Part shown: positions 49,026-63,398 of the stretch, one piece after another | How the letters are laid out: the number at the start of each line of letters is the position of its first letter | How positions within the stretch are numbered: the first letter of the stretch is position 1 | Origin: Eledone cirrhosa | Lineage: Eukaryota | DNA: 64,000 nt | Assembly: GCA_964016885.1 (NCBI GenBank) | Contig: OZ024746.1 | Location: 8,184,001-8,248,000 of the forward strand | Direction of reading: 5' to 3' | The notes under the pieces: model-generated | What the model was told of the DNA's origin: nothing | The model's database searches: none | Seen by the model: only the letters and a program-made list of their open reading frames with translations | Program-made: the position numbers and the translations under genes

Positions 49026-52000
49026 TAAGAATGAAAAATAAACTATTTATATCTAATTAGGAGAAACCTCAGAAACGCGTCAAAATAAAATGTTAAAGAA
49101 TTAAAATAGCACGGCCACGTTCAATCTCAAATGTACGTACCAAGCGCGCGGCCCAAACACATCAAGCACGTTCCTCGCAAAAATGGTCTATGGTGAGCTG
49201 GATACAGAATGAAACCTCGTTGCAAACGAATACCGAGTAATGAATTACTTTATTCATACTTGTATAAATAAGATTAGAAATTGTTCACAATTCTTTCAGA
49301 ATGAAACTATAAACACATAAATACGACGCACCAAAATATATGATCAAGGCGAGAGAAAGAACCCCTCCCCCATCAATTCAACACTAAGTGCGTCAATCGG
49401 TCACACACCACACCACAAGGAAAATTTTGAGGCAAGTCAACACACTGGCAGCATTACCGTGAGTGATGGCGAGACTAAGGCGTTGAAACAGCCAGGCACC
49501 CTCACAGGCATCAATCACCTGACACCTCGGTAAGGTGAGCCACCAACGATGACAAGAACTTTGATGTCAATGGCCCACCTCCACCAAACGTCTCGAACGT
49601 CACATGCTGGAAAAATGAGTTGTTTGGTAGTTGCAGTATAAATTTTCTCCTATAATAAATTAAAGATTGTGAATAAAAGAGATGCTGAAAAACTTCAATT
49701 AACCTAAATATAACGGTTATATAACGGTTTATATCGATTTTAGTTTGTAATTATTTACATAGCTCATTTTAAATTTGACGGAATTGCCGAAGTATTTTAT
49801 GTCTTGTAAGACCGTAATTGTCTTTACAAGTTTTAGTTTACTTTTCTCTCTCGTGACATTAATTACCACCCCCTATTTCAGTGGTAATCCTTTTTTCCCC
49901 TTTGCTATCAACTAATCTGATCTCCAAGATGCTCGTAACTGACTTTTTTCTCTCAGAATATGGAGGGGATAGCGGAGTCCATCTCCCCCAGATAAAAAAA
50001 AAATCGATTGCGAGCATGTTAGAGGTCTAGAAAAAACATCGAGGAGAAATTATTGTTATTTCCCGCCAAATGTGAAAGGTGTGTAGATTTGCGGAACTCC
50101 GATGGTCTTTTCGCCCCCTTTCACCCTACTTTTTCTACAAATCTAGTCGTTTCCGACTGGTTTGGAAGTCATATTCATTGATAACACGCGAAAAAAAAGT
50201 CGTGGCGAAAACTCCGAGGAAAGGGTGGCTGGGTGATCGAGTGGGGCCCCCCTCCTCACTCAGTTTTCCAGAACAAAAAGTCGATTGCGAGCATCTTTTA
50301 GTTGATAAAAAATAAAATAAAATAAAATAAATTAGGAAATAAATTGTTCTATAACAATACCCATAATACTCCATATAATTTACTAATTCAGTAGGCCACT
50401 CTGGAATTTATTACTGGTGCGATTTTGGAGCTGACTTTACTTTTCAAGATACGAAACTTCGTATTTAGAATTTGTAACTAAATCTCTAACTTTTTATTCA
50501 TGTGAAAATGGTCACTTGTGAAACTCCTATCATCTTTACATTTTGAAGTAAGTTAGTCTATTTTATGTTATATTTTATGAATAAAATTACAAAATTATAT
50601 TATGGGTAGTTATTATATTATAGAAGCTATTAATTATTTCCAAACAGTGTTAATTGTTTCTATTTTCTAGAACAAGTATTTCCTATTGCGAAGTATTATA
50701 TTTCATAATAATGTAATTCGATGACTTATCGAAGAATTTGAGAATTAATTAGATGTTTTGGTCATGTTTGTATTTATAAGAGATATCGATTTGCTAGCCT
50801 CCTAATTTTCCTTCCAGATGTTTTAAAATGTATTTCATTTTAGCTATTGTTCGATTATGTTCCACGTGGTGGAAGTCTTATTGAGAACAAATAACTGCAA
50901 AGAAATATATTTAATACATTTTCCTGAACAGATTTATATATATTATACTTTTACGAGTATTTTGTTTTTAAGTTATTTAACTTTAAATCGTCATTGGTAG
51001 AGCAAACATAATTAAATCTCTTAGTCGTAACCATCTTATTTTCTTTTTGTATATCATTGTCAACGTTGACAGTGGGAGTTCGGTTCCTCTGTTGTGTGTT
51101 TGTTTCTATTCATTCGATAAGATAGTAACTTAACACATGGTTCTCATATGACGTTGTCCTCTACTTTAATTAAGACGATTTGAACAAAAAAAAGATTTAG
51201 CTGCTATATCGAGCAAGCTGTATCCGCGACAATTAAAAAAACCATGTGAGGAAAGGTGCTGCGAACAAACAACCTGAATAATTTACAGGAAAAAAAAAAA
51301 ACGTGGAGGGGAGGGGACTCATTTTGTTTGCAACATCGAATTCTGCTACATGTGGCATGATAAAAGAAAATATTTCCGAAAACGTCAACGTTTATTCAAT
51401 GTTTCGAAGGCATAAGTGAGAAATTATTGACTAATAATATATGGTCAGAATTTATTAGTTTGGGATGATAGGTTAAAATGGCGCTCATTCAAATAATTAT
51501 CTACACCGTCAGTATTATTTTCGCCTTTTTGTTTGTACTAACAGTTTCTTAATTGAATATTAATCCAATTGTTGAATGAGTTTTTGTCGACTCAATATAT
51601 TACTGGTATTTATTAATTATTAAAAAAAAATTACCTTGCATTAATTAACTTTGTAGCACTTGCTTAATGCTTAAAAATTGGATTTGAACATAGAGATTCA
51701 AAATCTTTAAATAAATTGCTTATGATTAAAAAGCTTTATTTATTTCGTTAATTACAAGGATAAGGACATGAATTTTTTGAAATAGCTTTTCAAAGGGATC
51801 TTGATTTTAAAAAAGATAAAATAATGAATAAGAACAATTTCTTAAATATAAAAGAAATTGTTCTTATTCATTGCTTTACGATCTGAGTACAAATCCCGCC
51901 GAGGTTAACTTTACTTTTCATCCTTACGGGGTCGATAAAATAAAGTACTAGTAATACACTAGGTATTTGCTCGCTTTGTGCCAAGAGTAGAAACAATTAT

Positions 52001-54336
52001 TTTATAAATGTATTTACAGTCGGCTATCGGCTGACTAGTTAAGTTTGCTTTGCGTTTCATTCCAGTTTCATTCTAGGACAAATATTTTGTACAATATTCT
52101 CGGGTCGACCGTAACTTTTTGAGTGAAAATGAGTGGACAGAACAGAAATCGAAACTTGAATGGATTAGGTTCAGTCTTGTCACATTTTCTGCCATATTGA
52201 TTCTTTGGGAGATTAGTGTCAGAATAGAACCAGTTTAAAGCTAGTTAGACCATTATTAAAAAATAAATGAAAGTAATTATGCGACTGTGGGTTTAAAAAA
52301 AAAAAGCCACATCCAAACGAATTAACGCCAATTTTTTGTTATAAATCCTTGATATTATAGTCATAAACTAAATAGAAACTAGGCAACAGTACAGTACAAA
52401 CACGAATGTTATTTTGTCAAAAAAACAATAATGTATCAAATATGCACGTTTAATGAGTTTTTTTAAATATTAACTATGTGATTGTATAAATTATGTTTAA
52501 CAAGGATTTGAACTCAATATAGTAGTGACACCTGATTGTTTTGTATCGGTGCAGTATTTACAGAGGGTTGGATAACATACTTTGCAGCATAAAGTTCTAG
52601 CCCTTTATGTTCAAATCCCGCTGAGGTTAACTTTTCCTTTCATCATTACAGGTTCGATAAAATAAAGTACTAGTAACACGGCACTGAGTCGATGTAATTG
52701 ACTTTCTTGTCCCTCCAAATTGCTGGCCTTGTGCCTAAATTAGAAACAAACAATTATTATTTAACAAAATTAAGTTGGTGAATTGGTACTGGGGGTCGAT
52801 TTAATCGACTTTCCCCTCCCTCCAAAGTTGTGCCTAAATGTAGAAACAATATAGTGAACTGAATAACAATGAGATTATCCAAACAACAACCAAACATTTC
52901 CTCTAATAAGCATATTTGAAGTATCATTGTTTATTTCTTTAGAAAATTTAATGTTTGTGTTTCTATTCTAGTTTTTGTATATTCTATTCAATTTACGACT
53001 ATATGATTTTCTTTTTTTGTACACCAGAAGGTTGCCAACTTTTTAAAAATGTGGTTTGACGTGTAGCAAACATAGGAGTCTCTAGTATTCAGCTAAATAT
53101 TCATCCACAAGCTACCTTCTTTAAAATGGACACATTGGGTAATTGACATTGGTTTCACAAGACAAAATTACTTATTTTAAAGTTTTTCTAAAAGTCTTCC
53201 ATCGTAATTTAATGTAAGATCCTTTGTGTTCCAAACAACTAAATAATGAAGTTACATTTTTAAAAAATCTCAACTTTTGATTATTTGAAAATCATAGGCA
53301 GTTTTTTTTATTAGCCACTTGAATACTGGTAATACGATAAAACATGGATGGCTGTACATATGATTAAACTCCCTTATGCTGGTGTCACCCAGTACGCTTT
53401 GTAGTGTTCGTACACTCTAGTGTTAGTTGTGGTGTTAGTACACCATGTAGTATTAGTTCTGGTGTTATTACTTTGTAAGGTGGTTGGTATAAGGAAGGCC
53501 ATCCAAATATGGTATCGGAGGGGTCTCTTTAACCCACAGTCTCAGACTATTACAATCCTTCCAACCCCTCTCAGCATGGAAAGTGAGTGTAAAATAACGA
53601 ATGTGTCATGGTAGTTTTTGACAAGTCTAGCAACATTAACGTTATTGTCAAGGAAATGGCAACCTCCCTAGTGCGGGTGGGCTACACTATAAAAGCACCC
53701 AGTCCATGCTGTAGTGGTTGGTGTTAGGAAGGGCATCCAGCTATAGAAAGCTTGCCAAACAAGGACCATTCAGTTTGTGTCAAAAGACATGACAACCTCT
53801 CCTGTGCACTTGAAAACATATGTAAGATGCAGACGTTGCCTGTCTGGAGGGTTAGTAGACTCATTTCAGTAGAAGCGGACATTAAATGATGATACCTACA
53901 TAGCTTCTTCTGAACAACTTTTCAAAGAGGGAAGTTGAATATAGCCCTTTCATGACTACTTTTATTGAAATACGCTATATTTTAATTAATGAAGAATTTT
54001 GACGGATTTTACTAAAATTATTTAGTTAGTAACTTATGTAATGTTTTTATATACAATTATGTTGGAAGATTTTAATTTAAATTGGAAACCTTTAAAATGT
54101 GTGGTTTTATTTCATAGAACCAGAGCCAATTTTGGCTGGGTTAGTAACTAAAAGGTTAATTAAAATAACAGTATATTTAATTAGAAATATGATAATGAAA
54201 AAGTTGATCATTTTTGATTCCTTTGTCTTTGGGTGTTTAATTTCTGGATATGTACATTGTATCAGGCTGGATTCAAACTGAGACTCATTTATTTCTAAAT
54301 TCTATTTAAATTGCAGGTTTTCTGTGATAAACTTCA

Positions 54337-57300
54337 ATGATGAGTAAAAAATCTGCTCGGAAGAGTCTGTATATTCAGAAAAATGTTGATGTTGCTGTGG
54401 CATTGAAAGAGCACAGAAAGGTATGGGTTTTTTTAAATTCCACTTTTTAATTACTGTATTTACTAGAATATAAGCCAAGCCCTTATTTCATGCCTGAGAA
54501 ATGGATGAAAATCCATACCCCATTTATAAGACAAGGCAGCTAAATCAACATTGTTTACATGCCACAGTTTTGAAATTCTCATGAGTAGAGAATATATTTA
54601 TCAAGTTTCAATATTTTGATTTTTAAAATGTTCTAAGTGTTGTTTAGAATATAGTTTTTGCTTCATAACTCCATTACATAGATTTAAAAAAAAAAAATTT
54701 TTTTTTTTTTTAACCAATTTTCGACTGTTTTAAAGGTATTCATTCAAAACACCAAAAACAATAGGAAATAGCAATTTCATGTTGAAAGTGAAACTGGTAT
54801 AATATTTACCTCCAAAGCTAAAATATTTTAGCATCTCATTTACGTAAGATTTGACGTCGAATATAAGCAGACCCTCATTTTTACCATATTTCTTGGCTTA
54901 TATTATAAGTATATACAGATTTTTACTTGGAATAACTGAAGGTGCATGGTGTAGTAGTTAAGGTTGGGCTCACAATCATATGATTGTGGGTTTAATTCCT
55001 GAACCTGGCAGTGTGTTCTTGAGCAAGAGACTTTGTTTCATGATGCTTTCATAAGAGGACTAGGTCCTCTTAAGAAAGCAAAGGTTGAATATTGTCACAG
55101 ATAAGTCAGTACTCAAGCGGAGTCACTTGTTTCCAGATGAAGCAGAGGCCTGACATATCTCACTGAGTGCATTTCATCCTGGCAACAACACAAGGGAAAT
55201 TTGGGAATATCTGCTATCCTTGACTCAGCCGAAGAGACCTGACATTTTTTGGCAGGTTTTCTACAGGTGAATGCCCTTCCTATCACCAACAGTGTACTGT
55301 ACTTATCAGAAGACAGCTATTAGTTCCCCTGTGAAGTGGTTGTCTTTATGAAAAGTATCTACTTATGAAACATGTTTGAACATTTTTTTGATGTACAAAT
55401 TGTCAGCCATCCATGTCATTCTAAAATGGACACAAAATTTATTTATTTTTGATCAATGTTGGTTAACATTTTAAAATCACTAATTGTAGTTTTATATCAA
55501 TGAATATTGTTTTTAATTTTCTTTTTCTTTATTCTAGGGTAAAAATGACCATTATGATGATCTTATGGCTCAGTTAAAATATCAGGATGTAAGTAAAATT
55601 ATTTTTGTTAAAAAAATTAGATGTAACAATGTAGATAATTGTAAAATGTATTTGAATAATTGACATGTATATGAATATTCTTTGCAATCTTTCATAGATT
55701 TTGTGCTAAACTCCAAAATCTGTTGTCACTGCTGGATTGGTTCCTTCCAGCAACTTCTACTTAAAAGGTGTCTTAGTTGGTTTGATCGCACATGCTGTCA
55801 CCCAGGTAGTAAGCTTGTTTGAAATGTAATCTTACCAGAATCCCCTCCCAGGATGGCATAAACTGCGAGATGGACAGTTGGAAATGGATTGACATGATCA
55901 AGTTGGATTGAGCTAATATCTGGTCCTTGTGCATATGGTGTCTGTTGAAATTGTAACTTGCTGATACTAACAATATCCACTTAGGATGTCAGTGATTGTC
56001 ATACATGGACAACCTGTTTATGATGCTGTGGTTGGAGCTAGCTCAATCCATCCAAGGTGAACACAGATACAAATACAAGTACAGCATATTGGTTAAACAA
56101 AACAATTATCAAAAATATTGGAGCATTGAGTTGATTGAAATTCTTAGAAAATGTAGAAATCTGAAGCACAGAAAATGTGTAATATGTTATGTTTTAGCTA
56201 TTATTGGGTTTCAAATAATCGTCACCCCCAACTTATTAGTTTTGCCCCCCCCCCCCCCCCCCACGCGGTTATTAAAATTTGGTAATATATTTTTCTTTTT
56301 GAACAGTTAGTTAATGCCTCTTTGTAAATGGAAAACACTACAAAATAAATGTATTGAATGTATTATTTTTCCTTAGGTGAAGTTATTAAAAGCATACCTG
56401 ACAGACTTCCAGGATTGTGTTAGTCTTTTGGATGGGCATTTCTATGATTTTGTGCGAGACATATCTGTGAGTAACATTGTTTTAGATTATTTGGATAACA
56501 TCACTGTGAAAATAATTAGTGATGGTATTTTCCAGAACTCTTTAAGCCTTTTTTTTCACAACAGTACAATTTATCTAACCCATGCTAGTGTGGAAAAATG
56601 GACATTAAACGGTGGTGATAATGATATTATGTAAGAAATTTTAAGTTATGCTTCAAACACCAGCTTAATAATGAGAAAGATAGTTTATTCCTTTCAAATT
56701 CTTGATTATTAGGAAATCAAGCAGTGTGTTTCATTAAAATTATGGTAACAAGAGTTAATTTGGTGCCTCAACATGGCCATAGCTCAATAGTTGAAACTAG
56801 TAAAGGTAGGAGAGAGGGGGAGGGTGTGTTTTTTTCTCAAAGTTATGTCAGTGTTCTATAATTGTTTATGTTGATATAACTAGAATATTTGGAGATATCA
56901 AATTCCACAATTAGTTACCTAATCATCTAAGGCTGGATACCCTTCCTGATGCCAACATGCACTTTTTAAGGATAGTTATATATTCATCTTTGTTTAGCTG
57001 GTTAGCTGTAAGACATGTTACTGCTTGTATGTGTTTGTGGAATTATAAGTAATGTAATTTCACAAACAGACAATTTGAATCAACGGGAGCACTGATTGTC
57101 AGAAATGACAGAGGTACAACAACGACAACAATCATCATTTAACGCTTACATTGGTTAGACGAGTTGTCACTATGAGACTAGTTAGGTCAAGTGACCACAT
57201 GTTGCTCATACGGATCTGTATTTTTGGCATCATTTCTATGGCTGGATGTCCTTCCTAACACCACTATATAACCAAATTCATATATAAGCCATTGGTTGAT

Positions 57301-60300
57301 CTAAAGTTCAAAGAAGACTCTTGCTAAAGGTGCTGAGCAGTGGGATAGAACTTCAAACCATGTGGTTTCTATAAAACCACTCATTTTAAAGGTTTCCAAT
57401 TCAAATTCAAATCTTCTGCTATAAATTTATATAAAAACCTTACATTAAGTTACTATCTTAGTAATGAAATAATAATTTTAGTAAATCTGTAAAAATTCTT
57501 CATCAATTAATTGAAATACATTAGAAATACTGTCATGAAAGGGTTAACAATCAAGTTAACCAGAGTATGGAGTTTGAATTTTTTTATTTTGTACATCCCA
57601 TTTATATTTAAAGAAATTTACCACAAAATTCCCTGTCTCCAATCAGAAGAAATCAATCATATTTTTAATTTCTTTTCTGCTTTGTTTCAGGTTATAAACT
57701 GGTTTATAAATGAATCTTTGAGCAAGCACTATTTATTATTTCTTAAAAGATTAGTTGTGGCACATCCTGTTCACTTAAAATTTGTACTGCAGAAATTATT
57801 GCAACATTTTAAACCAGGTAAGTTATTTTAAATATTTTATGTGGTTTCTTTTTCTATTTTATGCTACTTTCGATGTTTAAATGTTAGCATGCATGAATTG
57901 AGAGAGCACCTGGGCATTAGAAGAATCTGATGCAGTGTGCAAGAGAAGATATCGCTGGTATGGATGACAATTGTTGGGTGAAGAAGTGCTAAGAGTTTTC
58001 AGTGGAAGCTGCAGAAAAGGAAGGCTCAGGAAATCCTGGCCAGAAGTGATCGGAGCTAATCTCAAAAAACACTGAACCTTACATGGAGTTGAATGATGAT
58101 TTTGGCAACATAATAATTATTCTTCCAATTCATTGTTGTAAACTAATCATGGGCAAACTGCCGGCTGTATGTAGCCCGTCTGGCTTTCTGAATGGCATGC
58201 TTGAAAAATGTTGCCCATGCCAGTTTTAAACTGTTCTTCGTCTGAAGTATGTGATCAAAGCTAGTCTAATAGATATAACTAATGGTTTGGGGACATCTAA
58301 TGAGAATCACGATTGAAAATGCTTTGTGATGCAATAGTTGGTTGTAGCTGGGGTGGAAATAGGTTGAGCTAGCTGGGAGAGAAGATAGATATGATGACAC
58401 TAAAGCTTCATATTAACATGGTAAGAATTTCCGTTTATCTATTTTCTTTTTTCTACTATTTAGTTGTTTCTCTTCGTTTTTTTTTTTTTATCCCAGTCAT
58501 TTTTTTTCTAAAGCTACTCTCCAATCCCAGATACTATGGAGTTGGGGTGGTTGGAAAATTGATAATTTTTTCCATTTGGTTTTGCCTATAAAATATGTCA
58601 AGCAATTCTTTCCTGAGTCATTCTAACCACATACCCGTAATATTGGAGCTGTGATCTCTAAATTAAGAGAAGTAGTGGTTCTATATAGAGTGACTCTATG
58701 AGCTATGCACTCTATCAAGTAATGTTACTCCAAAGAGTCTTTTGGACATGTAGTTAGAATGACTTGGGGAAAAAATTTCTGGACAGATTTTATGGGCAAA
58801 ACCAACTGGCAGGAGACCCAGGGGTAGACCCCGAACTCAATAGTTGGATAACATCCATGATTGTTGGTCTCAGCTGCATCAGTTGGAAACAGTTGCTTCT
58901 GACAGGATCTGCTGGAAGGTGTGTTTGGCCTCTAGACCCTCATAAGAATAAGTAGGCAAAGAAGAAACAGGTTAAGTCTGCATAGAAATGTTAATTCAAT
59001 GGTGTGAGTAAATTTTCTTCTATTTGTAGTGTTAAATTCTTCAAGTCCTGTAGAGGTTCAACAAAAAGAACACTTTATATTATGTGGTCACATCCAGTCA
59101 GCTCTGAAATCTATTTATGATAATATGCCAATGTAAGTTATCTTTTATATTTGTATTCATTTTCTTTCTCAAACTGTTAACCAATATAAGGAAACTAATT
59201 AATGTACTGCATGGAACTGCATTAGCAAGACATTCTTGAAAAGTACAAAACAACACTAACTACATCACAATAAAAAGTCTTCACTTTAGATTACTGCAGA
59301 TTTTCATAATCTCTCTACTAGTAAATATACTACAAACATCTTCATTTTTTCTGCTAAATCATTTTAGATATTAAGATGTTAAGAATTAAATTGAGACTGT
59401 AAACTAAGCTTTAAATATTTGTTTTCATTACAGGATGCCCAATGTATTAATGAGTCTTCTTCTCAAGGAATTTCCTTATTTCAAAGGCAATGTTTTCACT
59501 CTAGAATGCTACACTCGAAATTTATTACAGATTTCATTATTCATGCCTGATCATCGATGTAAAATTTTGGAACTTATTATAACAAAGATCGTTAATTTTG
59601 ATGTAAGTGAGAAATTATTTCATATCCAATCTATCGATTCACTTCATTATTTTGTTTTATTTTTTTAGATTATATATTAAATGCAAGCATTGCTGGAGCT
59701 GGTGCAGTAATGTGCCAACTTCAGCACTCGGTCATTAGAATAAAAGAGATAGGTGTAAAAGCCAAAGTCGCTATCTTCAATTTGGTATTTGTGCCAACCA
59801 TTACCTCTGGTCATTAATGTTGAGCAATGACTGAAAGAATACAAGAAGCTGAATGTGTCTTTGGAGTATTGCTAGGAGATCAGAGAGCTGCTACTTCTCC
59901 AAATTGAGGGATCACAGCTCTGATACTACTATGTAGTTAGAATATCTAAGGAAAGAATCACTTGGCAGATTTTATAGGCAAAGCTGATTAGAAGTAGACT
60001 GAGTAAGGTGGTTGGATAATATCCATAAGCTTCGTTGGTCTCACTTGGGAATCCTGCCAATTGGAGAGCGTTGCTTTACATAGGGCCCTCAGGAAGGTGT
60101 CTGTTAACTGTCCCTAAAACCGTCTCAGGAATAGATGGCTGAAGAAGACATTTTGGTTTTGGACATTGATGAAATCAAAATTTCTATTTGTTTTCAACAA
60201 TAGCTGTTCAATTCTGGCGAATAACTCTTAACATTCTGTATAACAAGAAACTGCATTAGCAAAACATTTTTCAATGTTTGCATCACAAAAAATTAAGTCA

Positions 60301-63300
60301 TTTTAGTTTCCTGCAAATTTTCACAATGATCTGCCAACTAATGAAGAAACTGTAGACCTTTGTTTTTAGATATTTTCTGCTAAGGCATTTACAGAATGTT
60401 AAGAAATAAGTGTTATTTGTGTAGCTGACAAAGACAGTCAAGAGATGTGATGATGGCAGTGATTAAAATCTGGGTATTCAAAATGTAAATAAAATATATA
60501 GAAGTGGAAATTTAAAGGTTTCACTATATCATTTTAGATTGATGAAAAAGTTTTAGACTTTTGATTACATATATAGATATACTTACCTAATGATCATTAT
60601 ATATAAGAATATATATTGGATTGTAACATTACAAGATTATAGTAAAACAGATATTTAAATCGGCCATATCCGGCCAGAATTCTTTCATCTTTTTTCTGTT
60701 CAAACCAGTGGTAACTGGCTGCTCATACTAACGTTAAGGTATTGTTCTCAAAATAGGTATCAAGATTTTGTAGATTTGATATTATGTGAGATAAAGCCTT
60801 TTCTGTGAAAACAATAGTAAATACAATGTGAATGCTAAAGACTGGTAGAATATACCCAACCTTCGAGGAACAGCTTTTGAAAAAGAAAGCAAACTCTCCT
60901 TAAAGTTCCACTTCTCTGATATGATTTATTGTTAAAATTAATTTTCATTGTAGTTGATGAGTCCGCGCCAAGAAATACTTGCTGAGAATGAAAATGCTGA
61001 TCTTGATGGAATGATTGACATGGTAAATTTCAATAATCAATATTTATTGGAAAGATAGAAAAGTATCTTTAATTCCTAATGGAATTGTAGGGGATACTGT
61101 CCTGACACTAACTCTGAACACAGCTAAGTTCTTCCTGGGAAGGAAATGAAAGGGCCCTTTACTCCTGATGGGATTGGGGGTGGAAAACATCTAAAAAATT
61201 AATAAGCAATGGGGGCTGATTATTTGAGACCTTAGAGTATTTGGAAAGCAAAACCATATACATTCATACATAGTCATACATACACACATCTGCACTCAGA
61301 GTTGTTGTTGCATCAATAATAGCATGAACCTCAAACACCGCTAGGATAAGTAGAAAAACAGCAACTGTTGCCATCTCACAGTTGTCTTAATCTTTCCTGC
61401 CTCCACTATGACGGGATAACATTAGTCTACAAGGCTACAACGCTGCATCCCATACAATTAAATACTGCATGATGGAGTGTGTAATGTTATTCTAGGCAGG
61501 TATATTGTATCATCATCATTATACATCCATTTTCTATGTCAGAAAATCATAAGCAATGTTGGTCAGAGAAAACACATCTTGCTCATATGTTCCATATTTT
61601 AGCATGATTGCTATGTCTTGATGCCCTATTCAATGCAGTCACTTTACAGTGTGTACTGGGTGCAAGCACTACCATACTACAGGAATGTATTGGTTGCATT
61701 TTATCATAGCTACCAGGAGATTTTTTACTGATATTTTTATTTAGCAATACATGCAAACCACATACAGGCTCTCTTTGTTACCTTGCCCCCAAACTAGTTG
61801 ATGAATAACTAGATTACAGTATATGCTGTTCTTCTGATTCCTGAATTTGTATCCTCTCAGCATTGATAAGAATAATCACCAATTAAGGTGAGATTAAGTC
61901 AGTAAATAAGCCTCTTCACTTAACTCGTTTATTTTTTTTACCATATATCTAATAGAAGACATTGCTTATGATTTTCAAATAATTATGAAAATAATTCTAA
62001 ATTTTGAGGGATTTAGTAATAAAACTTACTTTCTCATTAAGCTGGTTTCTGAAACAATTTAACAAATGTTCATCCATAAAATTATAGTGGAAGGTTTTTA
62101 GATAAATATCTCTGGCTTGTCTGGGAGATCAGTAGCCACCACTTCAGTATTGCCTTTGTCTATGTAGACCTGTCCAACCCTCGCTAACAGGGAAAGTGGA
62201 CATTGAAACGACGATGATGATAAACACTTAAGCAGTTGAATGTCGTAGGGGTAGTTTCTGGTGATTTGGTATCTAATGGGTTAATGATGCAAGGAAACTA
62301 TATTTTTATACTCAAAGAGTATTGAAGCTCAAAGTTAGATCAGAATCTGAGGGTTTTGTGTGAATTTTTAATGCATCACCTGTCATTTGAGCATATTGTT
62401 ATTGTATTTTTTGCAGGTTACTAAAACTGAGTTTGATCTTCATCCCAGCCAGTTGATGAAACATCCACAAGCTGAAATGTTGGATGTATTCATGAATATA
62501 CTATTATCTTATATACAGAATGTTGCCTATAATTGTAAGTGTATTGTGTAATGTTCCTTCTGTAATGTATGGCTTATATTGTTCTGATGGATTGTATGTT
62601 TTTTATGCAAGATATAATACTTGTACCTATAACAATATCTATGTCAGCTCTCTCTGCTTTGATATTTTACTGCCAAATCTGCATTGAGGGGTTATTGGTC
62701 AACAAGTTGATATTTACATTGTGTGTGTGTGTGTGTGTATCCTTCCATATACTGCAATAGATTTTAAGTAAATTAGGAACTCTATTCAAAGAGAGAAAGC
62801 CTTTTTCACCTCCTCTATGATACACCTATATACTTGAATATGTGACCCAAAAAATCAATGGTAGAAGGGGGTTGGCTTATATTTGGGGGTCAATATTTTG
62901 ATGATTTTTCACCAATTTCAAATTAATTTTTGCCCATTACTCACACAAAATAATTTTCTACTTTTGGCACAAGGCCAGCAATTACCCAGTACTTTATTTT
63001 ATCGACCTTGTAAGGATGAAAGGCAAAGTTAACCTTGGCAGGATTTGAACTCCGATCGTAAAGGGACGTAACTATGCTGGAAAGCATGTCCGACCCTCTA
63101 CCGATACTGCCAATTCATCGCCCTCAAACACAAAATATTGATGTCAGTTTACATTTGAGTATATTTGGATGAATTTATCATCACATCAGCACTACTATTT
63201 TATTTACAGAGTAATCTTTTTTTTTCAGCTTTTGAGAATTCTTCATTACTAGATGATAGTATGCAATGTAAAATTGATTGGCCTAGTTGTAAAAAACTAT

Positions 63301-63398
63301 ATCGAGAATTACTATTTATATTTGAGAATGTCATCTTACCAACCCACAAGACATGCCATGTACAGTTTTTCATGTTTTATATCTGCAAATACCACATT
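54337..63398 (+). CDS. RRN3: RNA polymerase I initiation factor RRN3/TIF-IA, first 9 coding exons: 54337-54420, 55538-55588, 56377-56466, 57691-57817, 59030-59132, 59434-59602, 60954-61022, 62417-62534, 63229-63398; continues beyond the window
   Basis: GT-AG junctions all in phase; motifs KEFPYFK...TLECYTRNLLQI...ILELIITKIVNFD, HPQAEMLDVFM and LYRELLFIFENVILPTHKTCHVQFFMFYIC match RRN3 as recalled. In-frame stops precede the ATG, and an acceptor at 54316 implies an upstream non-coding exon. Confidence 0.93.
54453..54918. mobile_element. Tc2/pogo-like MITE in an RRN3 intron
   Basis: TIRs CTGTATTTACTAGAATATAAGCCAAG / CTTGGCTTATATTATAAGTATATACAG. Confidence 0.65.

Noticed and set aside
50862-50869. 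CCACGTGG E-box as a Myc site for RRN3
   Set aside because: A single short motif; the RRN3 transcription start and first non-coding exon could not be located.
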